DNA from: Chrysomallon squamiferum
Lineage: Eukaryota; Animalia; Mollusca
DNA length: 64,000 bases
Assembly: GCA_012295275.1 (NCBI GenBank)
Contig: CM022679.1
Location: forward strand, 16,616,001-16,680,000
Direction: 5' to 3'
The notes beneath the pieces were generated by a model. The model did not search any database and had not been told where the DNA came from. It saw nothing but the letters and a program-made list of their open reading frames with translations. The position numbers were made by a program, and so were the translations under genes. Shown piece after piece: positions 48,787 through 61,483 of the stretch (position 1 is the first letter of the stretch; every line of letters starts with the position of its first letter).

Positions 48787-51700
48787 ATGTAATAAAAGAA
48801 AATGTTATATTTAAATTCAGGATGTTGACTTAGTCCCCACTGATATTGCAGCAGGTTTGTTACTAGTCCTACACCAGCAGCAGACAGTCAGTGAGAGTCT
48901 GGTTGCTGTTGTTGTAGATGCACCATCGGAAAGAAACCTGTCTGGTGCTGTTACACAGAGAATAGCTGCTAATCCGGAACAGTGGATGAACATCACACAG
49001 ATAAACCACTACATGAAATTTGCACTTGCTAGTTACGGGTGGCCATTTTATGTTTACAATAACTTGTTGACTGGAATTTGTAAAATAGCACCAAAATGCA
49101 GGTAATAATAAAATTTTAACTAATTTGAAACGGAAACTGAAAATGTTTTCTCTATTTAATGTGTACAGCCTTTCATGTTTTAATCACAACATGACAGCTG
49201 AATCAGTAATTTATCACAATTATATACTTAATTGTATCTTATTTATTTGAAATAATGTTTGAGATATTAAAAGATTTTGCTGCATAAATACATTTCATTG
49301 TAAATATTTAGCAGAATATTGCCTGGCATAGGCTGTAAATAAATGTACAGGCATAAGACATGACTGTTGCTAGGATCAAATCCCCACTGTTGCACTTTTG
49401 TTCAATTTCCTGTTCAAGACCAGACCCTTAGACTTTATTAAAGGTCAAGCTATTAATTTTTCTGTCAGTGTAAGATGCTTATAAAAGATTCCTTGAGGTT
49501 AATCACTGAGCTGTCCACTGAGCTATGCTATTGTATCATCATTTTATATATATAAAAATGTGTGATATTTAATAGCTGTTAATGTTGTTTTTGACATTGT
49601 GTATTGAGGTGCTGTGCCTGTGTCCGGCCACCTACGACCAGCCACTGTGACAATGTGTGTGCCTGCCACACTGCAGCCATTCAGAGAATCACTGGCCTGC
49701 AACCACAACATCTTATCTATGTCAGTTTTCACAACAAAGTAAGTCTGAGTCTTTCTTCACATCTAAGTAAGAAATATGTGCCAATATCTTAAACCCAGAA
49801 CATTAAATAAAAAAATTATGAATATTAACCTTCGTATATAAACTGCAAATATATAATCATTTTAATTTAAAGGTGAATATTTGAGAAATTTGATCTATAT
49901 ATATATAATGCATAGGTTCTGTATAAAACTGATGATAACTTGATACAATACATCAGAGACTGTGTTATTACTTTATGTATTTTTATTATCAAAATGGTCA
50001 CTGTAGGTACAGAGGAAGTCAAAATCATGACTAAAGGTAATCCAGAGGTTAAGATAATTAATGTTTTGTGTATATACTGAATAAACAAACAATTTAACTT
50101 TTTTGAATTGTGTTAGTTTAAATAAAAACATTTATTTTTTATTTTTTTATTACTAAAGTCTGAACCAAAAGCTTTACATGTTTTGTTTTTATCTTCAGTG
50201 CAAGGAGATTCCATTCTTTGTTGCAGTTGATCACAAATATAACTCTGTGGTGGTCGCTATTCGGGGTACACTGTCTCTAGAAGTAAGTCATCAAATTTAA
50301 ATTAGTACTCAGAATTTCTAAAGTCTGTTATGACAAGATCAGAGGGAAACAGTGTAAACCATTCCACTGTTACTTCTTCACTTCTTGTGATAGTTCATGG
50401 TAGTTAGTGCTTTATCAGTGTTACCATTCATGTCAGTTTGTAAGAATTTATGTATGCTGCGTATATGTATGTGTGTAATATGTACATGTGTTGTAGTCTA
50501 TGCCTTTGTATGTAGTGAGTGTGTCAACCTGGTTCTTCTAACTCACTTCACCTCACTGCTATATTTCATGTTGGTTCTGTTTCCAGGATGCTCTCACTGA
50601 CCTTTCTGCAGAGTCTGTGACTGTAGACATTGCTGGTGTTTCTGATGCTTATGTTCATGCAGGGATGATGGAAACTGCCCAGTACATTAGATCACAAATA
50701 CAACAACTTGATCTCCTCAACAAGGCATTTCAGTTACTGCAGGTTATTTTCAAAATTTTGACAGTTGTTTTTTGTGGTTTATTTTCATCTTCATTTTATA
50801 AATTACGTATATAATTTTTATTTAAAGAAAATATTTATATGAAAAAAATATAAAATACAATATCAGATATTTCCTTTTGACATTCATCTGTCATGCTTTG
50901 AAAAAAAAATTGAAATCAATAATAAAACATTAATTTTTTTTGTGTGGAAATAATGATAAACAGATTTTTACTTTTACATTATAAATTTATTATATAATTA
51001 TAATATGTTTATACTGTAAGTGTTTACATGTAGTGCAAGTATATGTCAGATGTAGTAGCTCTAGATTAAAATCAGGAAGGATGTCTGGATATATGATAGA
51101 TGCTGCACTTACAGAAAGGATATAATTACATTAATTACTCATGATATTGTCAGGAAAGATGTGTGTTGATGGCTCAGTTTCCCAGAAAGGTCGTATTGCG
51201 AAATTTTATGTCCTGTTAGTATAAATATTAATGCCTCATGAGAATTAAAAATATGCAATAAAATAATGCAGGTTTGTCAAAACCAATATGAAATGCATTA
51301 TTTGTTCACACAGTTTTTCTGTATCAGACAAAGTGCAGTGTTCCATTTCTAACAGGTGATCATTAAATGTTAAATAAAATTATATTTCTTTTGTTTGGTT
51401 ATGATCTTACATCCAAATAAAACTGTTAAGAATAGAAACATATCATAGATTTAATGTTTTTGACATAAAAAAGCCCCCACCAAATGTCCCTTGTTTTTGA
51501 AATCACTTTAAGTTCAGAGGACAGTTGTTTGAATTTAATAACAAAGACCAAGAAATATGTACATTTGAAGATGTGTGTGTGTGTGTGTGTGTGTGTGATC
51601 TAAAAAAACAAAAAATGTGAACTAAATACAGTGTAATATTAAAATCATTAATATCTGACACTGTGGTGACATTATTCATATATCTATATTTAGTTTAGCA

Positions 51701-53925
51701 AAATCTGGTGACTATCTATGACAATAATTCTTTTTCAGATTTTCTTACTGTAATTCTGTAATTGTAGTATCGTTGTAGCAGAAAATGTTTTTGGTAACAG
51801 CATGTGTGTGTTTTCAGGAAGGTTCACAGCTGGTGATTACAGGACACAGTCTTGGTGCTGGGACTGCTGCACTTCTAGCAGTCCTCCTCAAACCAGTCCA
51901 CCCAGATTTGATCTGTTTTGCATATTCACCTCCAGGAGGTCTCATGAGGTACACATTATTAATTTTATATAAGAAATATTCATTAATCAGAGAGTTCTTT
52001 TGTTTGTCAATTCATCGTTGTATAATACACTCATCTGTCTACAACTAACTGTCATCCATAAATCGACCTATCCTTAATCCTTCATCCATTCATAAATCCA
52101 CTCCTCTGATTTTAATGTCTTCATCTTTCATTTTAGATAGAGACTTCCAGATACATTATTAAAAAATTGCCCCTTACAGTTAATTGTTCAGCTTTATTCT
52201 GCCAAATGTTTGCAAGCACCCAACAGCTGTGGTATGCGTTCACCTGCTTGGAAATGATCCCTTGCAGCTAATCAGAAAGTACAGTAGCCCATTAAATGGC
52301 ATGAGTAGCTTCCCTCTCTCACTGTTTATATGATTCTTAATCACATGTCATATGCCATAATCATGGATTAAGTATACATTGATACGTTACCAAATAAAAC
52401 ATTGACTGGTTTAATAATGGTACTGGTATTTTGTGTTTTGCTTCAGTCCATCACTGAGTCACCATGTCCAGTCATTTGTATGTTCAGTGGTCGTGGGCAA
52501 GGATCTGGTTCCTAGACTAGGAATGCCAACCATGCATGACCTCAAGTTAAAAATACTTAAAGCAATTCATGACTGTCAGTTACCAAAGGTAGATTATTTT
52601 ATTTGTCTGTTTACTTTTATTTTATTTTATTTCATTTATTTTTTTAATTATATTTTTAGTTTTTTTAGTTTTATTTTATTTATTTATGTTTATATATTTA
52701 ATTATCTTTTAAAATTTGACTGAAAATTCATTTTCAGATAACTATCTGCAGAACATTTTTTAAACAAAATAGTTTTTAAATGTATCTTAATGTTTTATTA
52801 TCTGGTAAAACTACTTATGGTTAAGAAATATACCAAACAAATAACACATATATGGACATACACAGATGTACTCTCTCTCATTCACTCACTAACTCTTACA
52901 TAGGAATACTCACATAAAAAGAGAAGTACATGTATTCCTGTAAGTTATTGTTTTGTTTACAGTACAGAATACTAGCTCAGGGTTGTTGTCAGATTGTTTG
53001 TAATTGTTTGACATCTTGGCAAAGTAAGGAACGACAGTGGCATCAACCTCTCATGGAATCTTCAGAAACTAACTACCTGTCAACAAACACTAACAGATTA
53101 CAGGTAAGAAAATTATATAACTAACTACTGGACAACAAATACTGTTGCACTGTAATTAGAAAGTGGAATCTGATTGATGTTTCATATATGAAATTGTTAG
53201 TTTTATTTACTCCAATCTCCAAGTTTCGTATCAAATTTCTGCTTATAGCAGAATATGTAATTCTGTTCATATTAAATGGGCTAGATACACATTAATTATA
53301 TATAGAAATACCACACTCTCTTATATAATTATCTATAATTATATTATTATGTTTAATTTTTAAAATAATTTTTATAATTTTTATTCATTTGTTGCTGTTT
53401 TATATTTTCTTAAATGCAGCCAAACAGGAGTATGATGGTAATGTTTATTTTGTTGTTGTTTGTTGTTGTTTTTTTGGTTTTTGGGGTGGTTTTTTTTTGA
53501 TAATTATAATAATAATAATAATTATTATTATTTTTTTTACTTTATTATTATTTTTTTTTTTTGGTCTTTATATTTCTACAGATTTCTGAAGAAAAATGGT
53601 TCATTAGCCATAACTGAATATTTGATTTTAGTTTTAGTTATATTTTTTTGTAACAATTTTTGTCTGTAGATGTGATGTTAGGAGCTATTGCATAATTTAA
53701 AATTATTAACTGTAAATATATTTACCTTTAATTATATATTCCAAAATATATCCTTATTTGTAGTTGTTAATTTTGTGAAAAACTGAACATTTATATATTA
53801 TGTTTATCTAGTTAAGCCAGTATACTTTTAGAAAACATTTTGGTTTGATAGAGTAACTTAGAAATTTAGTGATGATATTGTTTTCATTTTGATGATTTGA
53901 AACAAAAAAAATACATATATATATA

Positions 53926-53957
<32 letters not shown>

Positions 53958-54883
53958 TAAAGGTAAAAGTAAACATATATATATATATATGTTTTTTTTT
54001 TTTTTTTTGACAATACTTACAAGGGAATTAATCATGACATGAAATTGATGTTTGTGTTTATTCAGGATGTTTTGAGAGATGCCATTGCCAGCGAGGAGAA
54101 CGGTCACAAAGAATGGCCACCTATGATTGCTCCCGGCCAAGTTCTTCACATCATTGAGATTTCTGAAGAAAAGTTAGTATGTCTACAGTGGCTTTAGAAG
54201 AAGCTTTTCTTACAAGGGATATTGAACCATTAATCTTGTGATATCTTTATTCACAATGCAAAGTAGATCTGTTATAGCTGTTGCACAAAATTTAAGTTGA
54301 GGTTTCCTGTACCAAACATTAACTGAATTACTTAATCAGCAGTTATATAGGTCACTGTGACTTCTCACCACAGAGATGACAGAAAAAATCTTAGTACCAA
54401 TGTCAGTATCATATGGGTCAAGTGTATTTACTTTTAGAGTTTTCCACATTTAGTTAAAATAATGTTTTTAAAATTTGGTTTAATTATGATACACAGATTC
54501 GTACGATGGCTTCCAGTTAAAATAATATCTGTTCTGTTTTGAAATAAATTTAATAAATAAATAATAATACAAAATAATATAAACATAGCCTATAAGGTTA
54601 AGAAAATGTGTATCTCCCTGATGAAATGAGCTGTATTTCACCAAAATAAATGTGGACAAAACCTCCAAATAATGAGATGGATTTATTTTTCAGAGTTTGC
54701 TGTGGTGAGCCATCTTACAGTGCTGTGTGGGTTAAGCCTGAAGACTTCAATCAGATTATTATCAGTCCTAGGATGCTGTGGGATCACTTCCCTGATGTGG
54801 TGTCGAAGGCCTTGGAGCAGCTAGCAGAAAGAAAATATGTGCCCAGAGCTAGACAAGTGTCCAGACCACACTCACTGTGTTAA
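46571..54883 (+). CDS. DAGLB: sn1-specific diacylglycerol lipase beta, complete, 678 aa
   Basis: Twelve exons: 46571-46665, 47212-47700, 48054-48144, 48821-49101, 49609-49738, 50199-50282, 50587-50742, 51818-51948, 52447-52588, 52963-53103, 54066-54172, 54694-54883, total 2037 nt. [22 protein letters not shown]-terminus, four TM segments, [42 protein letters not shown]. The short C-terminus indicates beta rather than alpha. Confidence 0.96.
47212..47700 (+). CDS. DAGLB: DAGLB exon 2 (TM region)
   Basis: Contains SMQGTI and IFDPLG; GTAAGA donor. Confidence 0.95.
48054..48144 (+). CDS. DAGLB: DAGLB exon 3
   Basis: CRLLCCCV...[14 protein letters not shown]. Confidence 0.93.
48585..48786. repeat. 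Compound (CA)n/(TACA)n/(TA)n microsatellite
   Basis: Direct inspection; CATAGATGCA spacers are repeated. Confidence 0.95.
48821..49101 (+). CDS. DAGLB: DAGLB exon 4
   Basis: [13 protein letters not shown]...[15 protein letters not shown]. Confidence 0.95.
49366..49520 (+). mobile_element. Decayed SINE fragment (5'/central part)
   Basis: CTAGGATCAAATCCCC (B-box-like) ... CTGTCAGTGTAAGATGCTTATAAAAGATTCCTTG...TAATC, similar to the copies at 23140 and 52230. Confidence 0.5.
49609..49738 (+). CDS. DAGLB: DAGLB exon 5 (Cys-rich insert)
   Basis: [24 protein letters not shown]...YVSFHNK; GAG acceptor, GTAAGT donor. Confidence 0.88.
50199..50282 (+). CDS. DAGLB: DAGLB exon 6
   Basis: [12 protein letters not shown]...AIRGTLSLE. 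Confidence 0.95.
50587..50742 (+). CDS. DAGLB: DAGLB exon 7
   Basis: DALTDLSA...[12 protein letters not shown]. Confidence 0.94.
51818..51948 (+). CDS. DAGLB: DAGLB exon 8 (catalytic Ser)
   Basis: [16 protein letters not shown]...[11 protein letters not shown]. Confidence 0.96.
52225..52404 (+). mobile_element. Decayed SINE fragment (central domain and 3' tail)
   Basis: GTGGTATG...GATCCCTTGCAGCTAATCAGAAAG...GTAGCCCAT...TTCCCTCTCTC...AAATAAAACATT; homologous by eye to the 23140 and 49450 copies. Confidence 0.6.
52447..52588 (+). CDS. DAGLB: DAGLB exon 9 (catalytic Asp)
   Basis: [13 protein letters not shown]...CQLPK. Confidence 0.95.
52963..53103 (+). CDS. DAGLB: DAGLB exon 10
   Basis: YRILAQGCC...QPLM...RLQ; ttacAG/GTAAGA. 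Confidence 0.92.
54066..54172 (+). CDS. DAGLB: DAGLB exon 11
   Basis: [15 protein letters not shown]. Confidence 0.92.
54694..54883 (+). CDS. DAGLB: DAGLB exon 12 (catalytic His, stop)
   Basis: [24 protein letters not shown]...HSLC*. Confidence 0.95.
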
Positions 54884-57800
54884 AACCACATTTTTCTTCC
54901 ATCTTGTTACAGCTATCACATATTGTCAGTATTCCATTTGTATTTTTTTTACTTTTCAAGTATATGCTGGGGGGTTTTAACTGAGGTTTTTTTTGTCAGG
55001 TTTTATTCCTTCTGTTTTTGTTGTTCATTTTATTTTTAAAAAAACCACAAACCTTTTTTCAGTTCAAGTTTGGATTACATTTTTTAAAAACCTCCTTCTT
55101 TGTAGGAAATGACTTTTCAAGACTCATAGCACTGAATTAGTCAAATTTTTATTTAAGAATTACAAATGTTGCTGTACTTATTTTCAAGATGTGTACATAT
55201 TCTTTCTCACTATAAACAAATGTCTTTCAGACTACTTACATCTCCTTTATAATTACTCTTTTCTGATTTATGTACATAGTAATGAACCTCAGGCTGAATG
55301 AAATCATGACTGTAAAATAATGAAGTTTTCAAACATGATCATTTCAGTAATAAAAATCTATGAATTTTATTATATGTTGTTTTTTATTTCAGGGTATGGT
55401 TATTAAAATACAGAAGTAAACTTTATCTGTTTAACAGACAAAAGCAGACTGGGTTTAATAAACTGACCATTTATTTTGAGAAAATAAAAAGATAATATTA
55501 CAGCACATGAATATTTCAAAACAGAAACACCAAATAAATATAAAGTCAAGCTTGTCAAGCTCAATGTACTGGAATTTTTCAACACAAGCCAACTTCAGTC
55601 TTTGAAGAATAAAATAAAATTTTATGAACAAAATCTAATACACAGAAGTAAAATGACAACAAATTAAAAAATGCAACATTTCTGCTGAAGAAACAGAACT
55701 GTGCATTTTCCTTTACATAATTAATATTCTTGTGCCACTAGGAAAAGAAAATTTGTTTACTGTTTTTTGTTAATTTGCAAAGATAATTCCATGACTGCCT
55801 AAAACATAACTGATGAGAAATATTCTTGAAAAAAAAAAAAAATGAAAAAAAAAAATAAAAAAAATACCATTTACAAAATTCAGGAAACAAAATTGACCGG
55901 AGTTGATCAGATCAGTGTAATATTCTGAACTTTTTCATTTCATTTTACTTTTACTTTACTTCACTTCACTTCACTTTTAGTATATTTATAGCATTTTTTG
56001 CTTTCTTAATTTACAAAACATGATCAACACTTTTGTGTAAAACTAAAATTAACAATAATGACTTAGCTTAGCATTCACTGCTGTTAAAAAAAAACAAATT
56101 TTAATAATAATAATATAATAAAAACATTTAGAAAAAATGCATAGCAACAAGAAAATAATTAAATAACAGTACAGTTCAAACTGAAAGATACCAGCAATCA
56201 TACAACTTGGTCTGAATAAATTAAAACATTTTTTTTAAATTTCAGTCAAATAATAATAATAATAAAAAACCACAAATAACACCAAATGAAATGAAACTGT
56301 TTCAGTTATATAACAAAATCTTTAAAATAAAAATACTCCTAAATGGTAGTGATTAAAACACTGACAAAGAGAAAAATGATAATTTAAAATGGACTTCTTT
56401 ATACACACCAACTTGCTCAAAACACCAGATCCAATGAAGAACTTTAGGTAACTGCTGTCTTTGAGCATAGTGAATAACTGAGGTATCTTGATATGAACAG
56501 AAGGCACAAGTTAACTTTGTACATGGACAAAGAAAATAAAATTAACTTTTCCTAATGTATCCAGTCTAAAAATCTCAAAATATTTAATTCATCAAAACAT
56601 TAAAAAAATGTTTAAAAAAATTAAAACAAGATTTCAATTATGTTGATTTCAGGCCTTTCTAACTACACATTTACTACTTTATGTATCTTTATTTACAATT
56701 TTGGTAAAGATTAATTTGCTGAATTCAGTTTGGCTTGGACAATTAATACGTACAAATCTTCAGTTCATTTCTTTAATAATTACTAGGTAGTTATGACTAA
56801 ATAAAGTTAAATGATTAGTTGGTTCCTGCATTTTATTCTTGAATATTTATTTATTACAGCCCTAACATTTTCAAAAGTGGGATGCTTTATTTTTGAAATA
56901 TGATGTTAATTTTAATTTTATTTTTATTTTTTTAAGTATAAATTGTTTTCAGAAAAAAAAAAAAAAACCCTGATAAAAACAAAAAAAAAAAACTTTTTTT
57001 ATTCTCAAAAATGCTGTTTTAAAAAATTGGAAAAGGCCAGAGCATGTAATAATCCAAATGCTATCATCTTCTATACAAATTCAAAATTTATCTTTATTTA
57101 AATATTCACTTAAGATACAGATATAAAATGTACATGAACTATTCATAACTATTACTATGAGAAAATGGAAGAATGGTTCAATGCATTAACAAAATCAGTT
57201 ACTTGCATTCACAAAGCTGTCATACTGACAGATACAATAAAATCGGGTCAAGCATACTTGTAGAAATCAAACAGGCTACACAGATTTAATGAAAGATGAT
57301 CAACACTTTAATAGCAAAATCCTGTTTACCAAGAATAAGGCAATAAGAGCTGCAGGAAGTTTTATTTCCCACTGTGAAAGTATTATTGATAAATACCCAT
57401 GCAATCTTGTAAAGTATGCAAAGTTAATATTTATCAAAATGTCATTTGATATTTTTAAAATAAAAATTTCTTACTGCTATGTGCAGCATAATAGATTATT
57501 GATTTAAGAGCAAAAACAAAACAAAAAAGGTAAAGAAAGCATTTATATATATCCAATTATGTTATAATGCAATGGAGCCTGGTTTGGAAACTTATTTACA
57601 TTTATTTTAAATATTTAACATAATAAATGTTTTAAATTTTAATTTCAACTTTTGGTATTTTGCAGTTAAAAGGAGTATGGCATTTTAAATTTTAATTTTC
57701 AGTAAGACATTTAAATGAGAGCAATTTACATTCTCAAGTTTCTGACTTCTGAAACTATATTTTGTATCAGACGAAGGATCAACCTTCCAGTAACAGATAG

Positions 57801-60800
57801 CTTCTACTATTTGTTGCAGATTTTCCCATTCCAATCCCCCCAAAACATCCACTTTTCAAAGGTGTATAAAAGACGAATTAACATCCCTGAAGGCTCCACC
57901 TTCGAGTGTACGGAAAAATATAACATTTCACTTCAAATATATCATTATACCAGGAGTAAAAAAAAAAAAAAAAATAATAATAATAATAAATGATAACAAG
58001 ATGTTGTTATGCTGTTTAAGCAGTTTCAGATGATTTAATTATATGAGTGCAGTTAAATAAATTATTTTTTTAAATATTGGGTTCATTTTGTGACAAGATT
58101 TTATAATTTGTAGATTTCAAGTATATACAAATAGATTAAATTCCATGTACTATTAAAAAAAAGCATTTCAGGAAATTATCCAAATATTTTATATAATGAA
58201 TATTTGACTTTAGGTTTATTATTATAAAATAAAGTTTACCATATCTATGTAAATATAAATATAAATTTTTTTTAAAATAATAAAGAATGAAAAAGACTGT
58301 CATGATATAACAAAAATAAATTACTCTGAACTGATTTTAAATATCTTCAAAAATGTGTCACTATTTTTAGACAAAAGTGTAAGAAATAATTAATAATAAT
58401 AACATTGAAAATACCAAATTCAAATGCTTAATCTTCCAAAAATGTAACAAGTTTTCTTTTAGGCACAACTTTTTAATTCATACATATAAATAACAATTTT
58501 TTCAAACTTTTTGCAGTAAAATAAAGTCTAATCAAACATTATACATATAACAAAGTAAACTCCAAACAATTTCTTGGTATTTTGTTCATACTGATAAAAA
58601 ATATTTAAAAACTAAAACCATCAAATGACATTAAAATGAAAATTGGCCCAGGTGACGACATTAGTTAACTTTTGAAACATGTAACACTATACACTGAAAT
58701 AAAACATATCAGAAAGATTAAGTCTTAGCTGGACTAAAATGTTTGAATTGTTTTTAACATGACCTTTAACTATGTAATATATATATATATATATATATCA
58801 CTACAATGGATTTCTGTAACAGCCACCTTATGCTTATATACATGCAATTCAGTTATTTTATTTTAATAAATTAATACTCTGCTATGCTGAGAAGTCTAGT
58901 AAATAAGAACCACAGAATGATTTTTGAACTCGGCAGTAAAAGAAAAAATGTGGGCTAGTAGAACATTTTTCACAAATCTCGCAATGCAAGTAATTATTAA
59001 TGAAAGCAAATATTCACGTGCATTTTTCTACTTAATCCATGACTCTTTCATTTAAATATTTGTTTAGCATAATACATTTGCCACACTGATTAACATTCAT
59101 GTGAATTTGAAGAAAATAGCAAACATAAACTATAAAAAAATAAATAAAAAAACTTAATTGAATGTTATGCCTACAATCCATGTAACTACAAATCCCTGAA
59201 AATTCATGCAGTGGATTACAAGTGAAGTAATTGTCAAACATTGTAGAATATAAACTGAATTTTTATGATGTAACATTTTTAAATGATACAAATGTCAGTT
59301 TAATTATTTAAGTTTAGTACAAGGCTATATAAGTGAGCTTTTCAGATACATTTATTTTATTTATGACTTCAGAAAAATTATATACCTTGATAATAAAATA
59401 TTTATATTGTTTTATAAATCAAAATAATTATTAGAAAAAAACCCCACTAAAATGGATCAATAAAAAAGTTTTTATAAATATTGAATAATATATATATATT
59501 TTTGGACAAAATGCTGAATTGTAATAAAAAAATGGAAGCTTGATTTTTCATAATTTTTTTTTATATTATATGACTGCACAATATTTTGCCATGTTAAACC
59601 TGATATGAACAGTTGTGTGTATGTAAATAATTTCTGATAACAGATGAATATTCTAATTAAATTTATGTATAGTACTTGTTACCTATTAATTAATATGATT
59701 ATCATTTCCTCCACTTCAGGAATTTATCCTTTACTATTAGAAAACTTGAATGTGTTTTGGGTTTTTCAATTCGAAATGATGGGTTGTGGCTCTCTTGGAT
59801 ATTTATGTCAAAACATTATTTGACATACTTCTTCAAATGAATTAGTTGTAAATTTTTTTTTTTTTTTTTTCTGTTAGGTAACTTGCATTATTTACAAAAG
59901 TTAATGCTTTCAGTGTTCTATTTTTTTCAAAATCCTGAGAAAAATCTTATATTAAACAAGATTATATTTTAATTTTATTCAAAAATCTAACTAATGAAAT
60001 GCATGTCAACATCAAAATGAACTACTGAAAAGCAATCTGACCATGACATATACAAATGAACATATTCACAAAACACTTGTTAATTTAGGTTATTTTCAAC
60101 ACACATTTATACAAACTCATTCATTTTATTTTTATAATAAAAAAACAGTCACTTGGTATATAAAAATCACACAACCATGTCATTTGTTTTGAAAGAATAT
60201 TAATTATTCCCTTCACATTTCAACTTTTAGCTGTGATTTTCTTCCCCCTCCCTAATAAAAATAAAATTGCTTGGAATGACCGTATAAATAATGATATCAT
60301 CAAATGTTTTAATTAACATTCTTTTGTTTAACAGATTATGACTTTTGTGATACAACTTCAATAAAATGTTTCGTCTTTTTTTTTTTTAAATAAGAAAATA
60401 AAGAAATAACTTGTGAATCAAGAAAATAACAGATGAATGAAAAATATTCAAAAGCTGAAATTCTTGATATTTAAACAGTTTTATTACATATTTAAAAATG
60501 CGTTAAGAAATTCATAAATTTCTTTGAATATTATAATTTGTCACAATATTATATTGTTCAACTGAAAACAGTACAAAATAGTTCACTTTTCCCCCTGATA
60601 ATAAGAGATATTAATCTTGTTGATAATGATAATGATTTTTGAATTTTTTCTCAGTTCAATGCCATTTAAAAAGTAATTAGCTATTCAGTTATATACATAA
60701 AATACATATATGACATGAAAAAAAATAATTTTTTTTCTCCAAGTAATGTAAAGTGAAAATTAATATCTACACAATTTACTTTTAAAATAGGAGTGACTGT

Positions 60801-61383
60801 ACACAATACACTAACATCAAAACCACAGAAGAAAAACTGAAAAATCTGTTTTTAAATTTACAGTTGTATTAATTTACTGAAGTAAGCAATATACCAATCA
60901 TTAAATTTATTAAAAACAAATTTTAAAAGTTTATCTCAAATCAATTTTGTGGCAATTGCTGCACAAAATGTTTTAATATCAAAGTCATTAAAGACATATT
61001 GAAGAAAGTCTTTAAAATTTATCTTTATGTTAATTAATCATCTATAACGGTATAAATGACTAAAAATAGACAAATAAAATAGTTATTATAATAATTACAA
61101 AACCCCCTAAAATACCCAAAACAAACCCATATTTGAACCAAGAGCACATTATAAATGGTAGAAATTGAAAATCCAGAACACTTTTGACTTCTGTAACTTG
61201 AAATGCTCTCAACACTTATTCTGGTACTGGAAAGCCTGGCTGGTATTCCAGTAAAATCTTGTATTCATGATTTAATTTGTAACAAAACTTGTTTTTGTCC
61301 ATTCTGAGCATGTGGAAACTGCTCTAGTGTTACTTCACTGAAACTAGAACAGGGTATGACATCAAACTGTTTTAATGAATAGC

Positions 61384-61483
61384 TCACTCAACTGCAAAGC
61401 CACAAGTTTCCTCTACAGCACAAGTTAATTTACTGAGAAACTTTTCAAAATGTTCATATGGAGGGATATCAATCCTGTTGAAG
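61384..61483 (-). CDS. SMURF: SMURF last exon
   Basis: FNRIDIPPYEHFEKFLSKLTCAVEETCGFAVE*. Confidence 0.95.

Noticed and set aside
57848-57866. Histone-like stem-loop CACTTTTCAAAGGTG
   Set aside because: Lacks the GGYY...RRCC stem consensus and there is no histone ORF upstream.
58885-59030. CTAGT-containing segment resembling a MITE relic (also 51657-51730, 31185-31210 and 63180-63273)
   Set aside because: Resemblance rests on recall only; no TIR pair or target-site duplication is demonstrable in the window.
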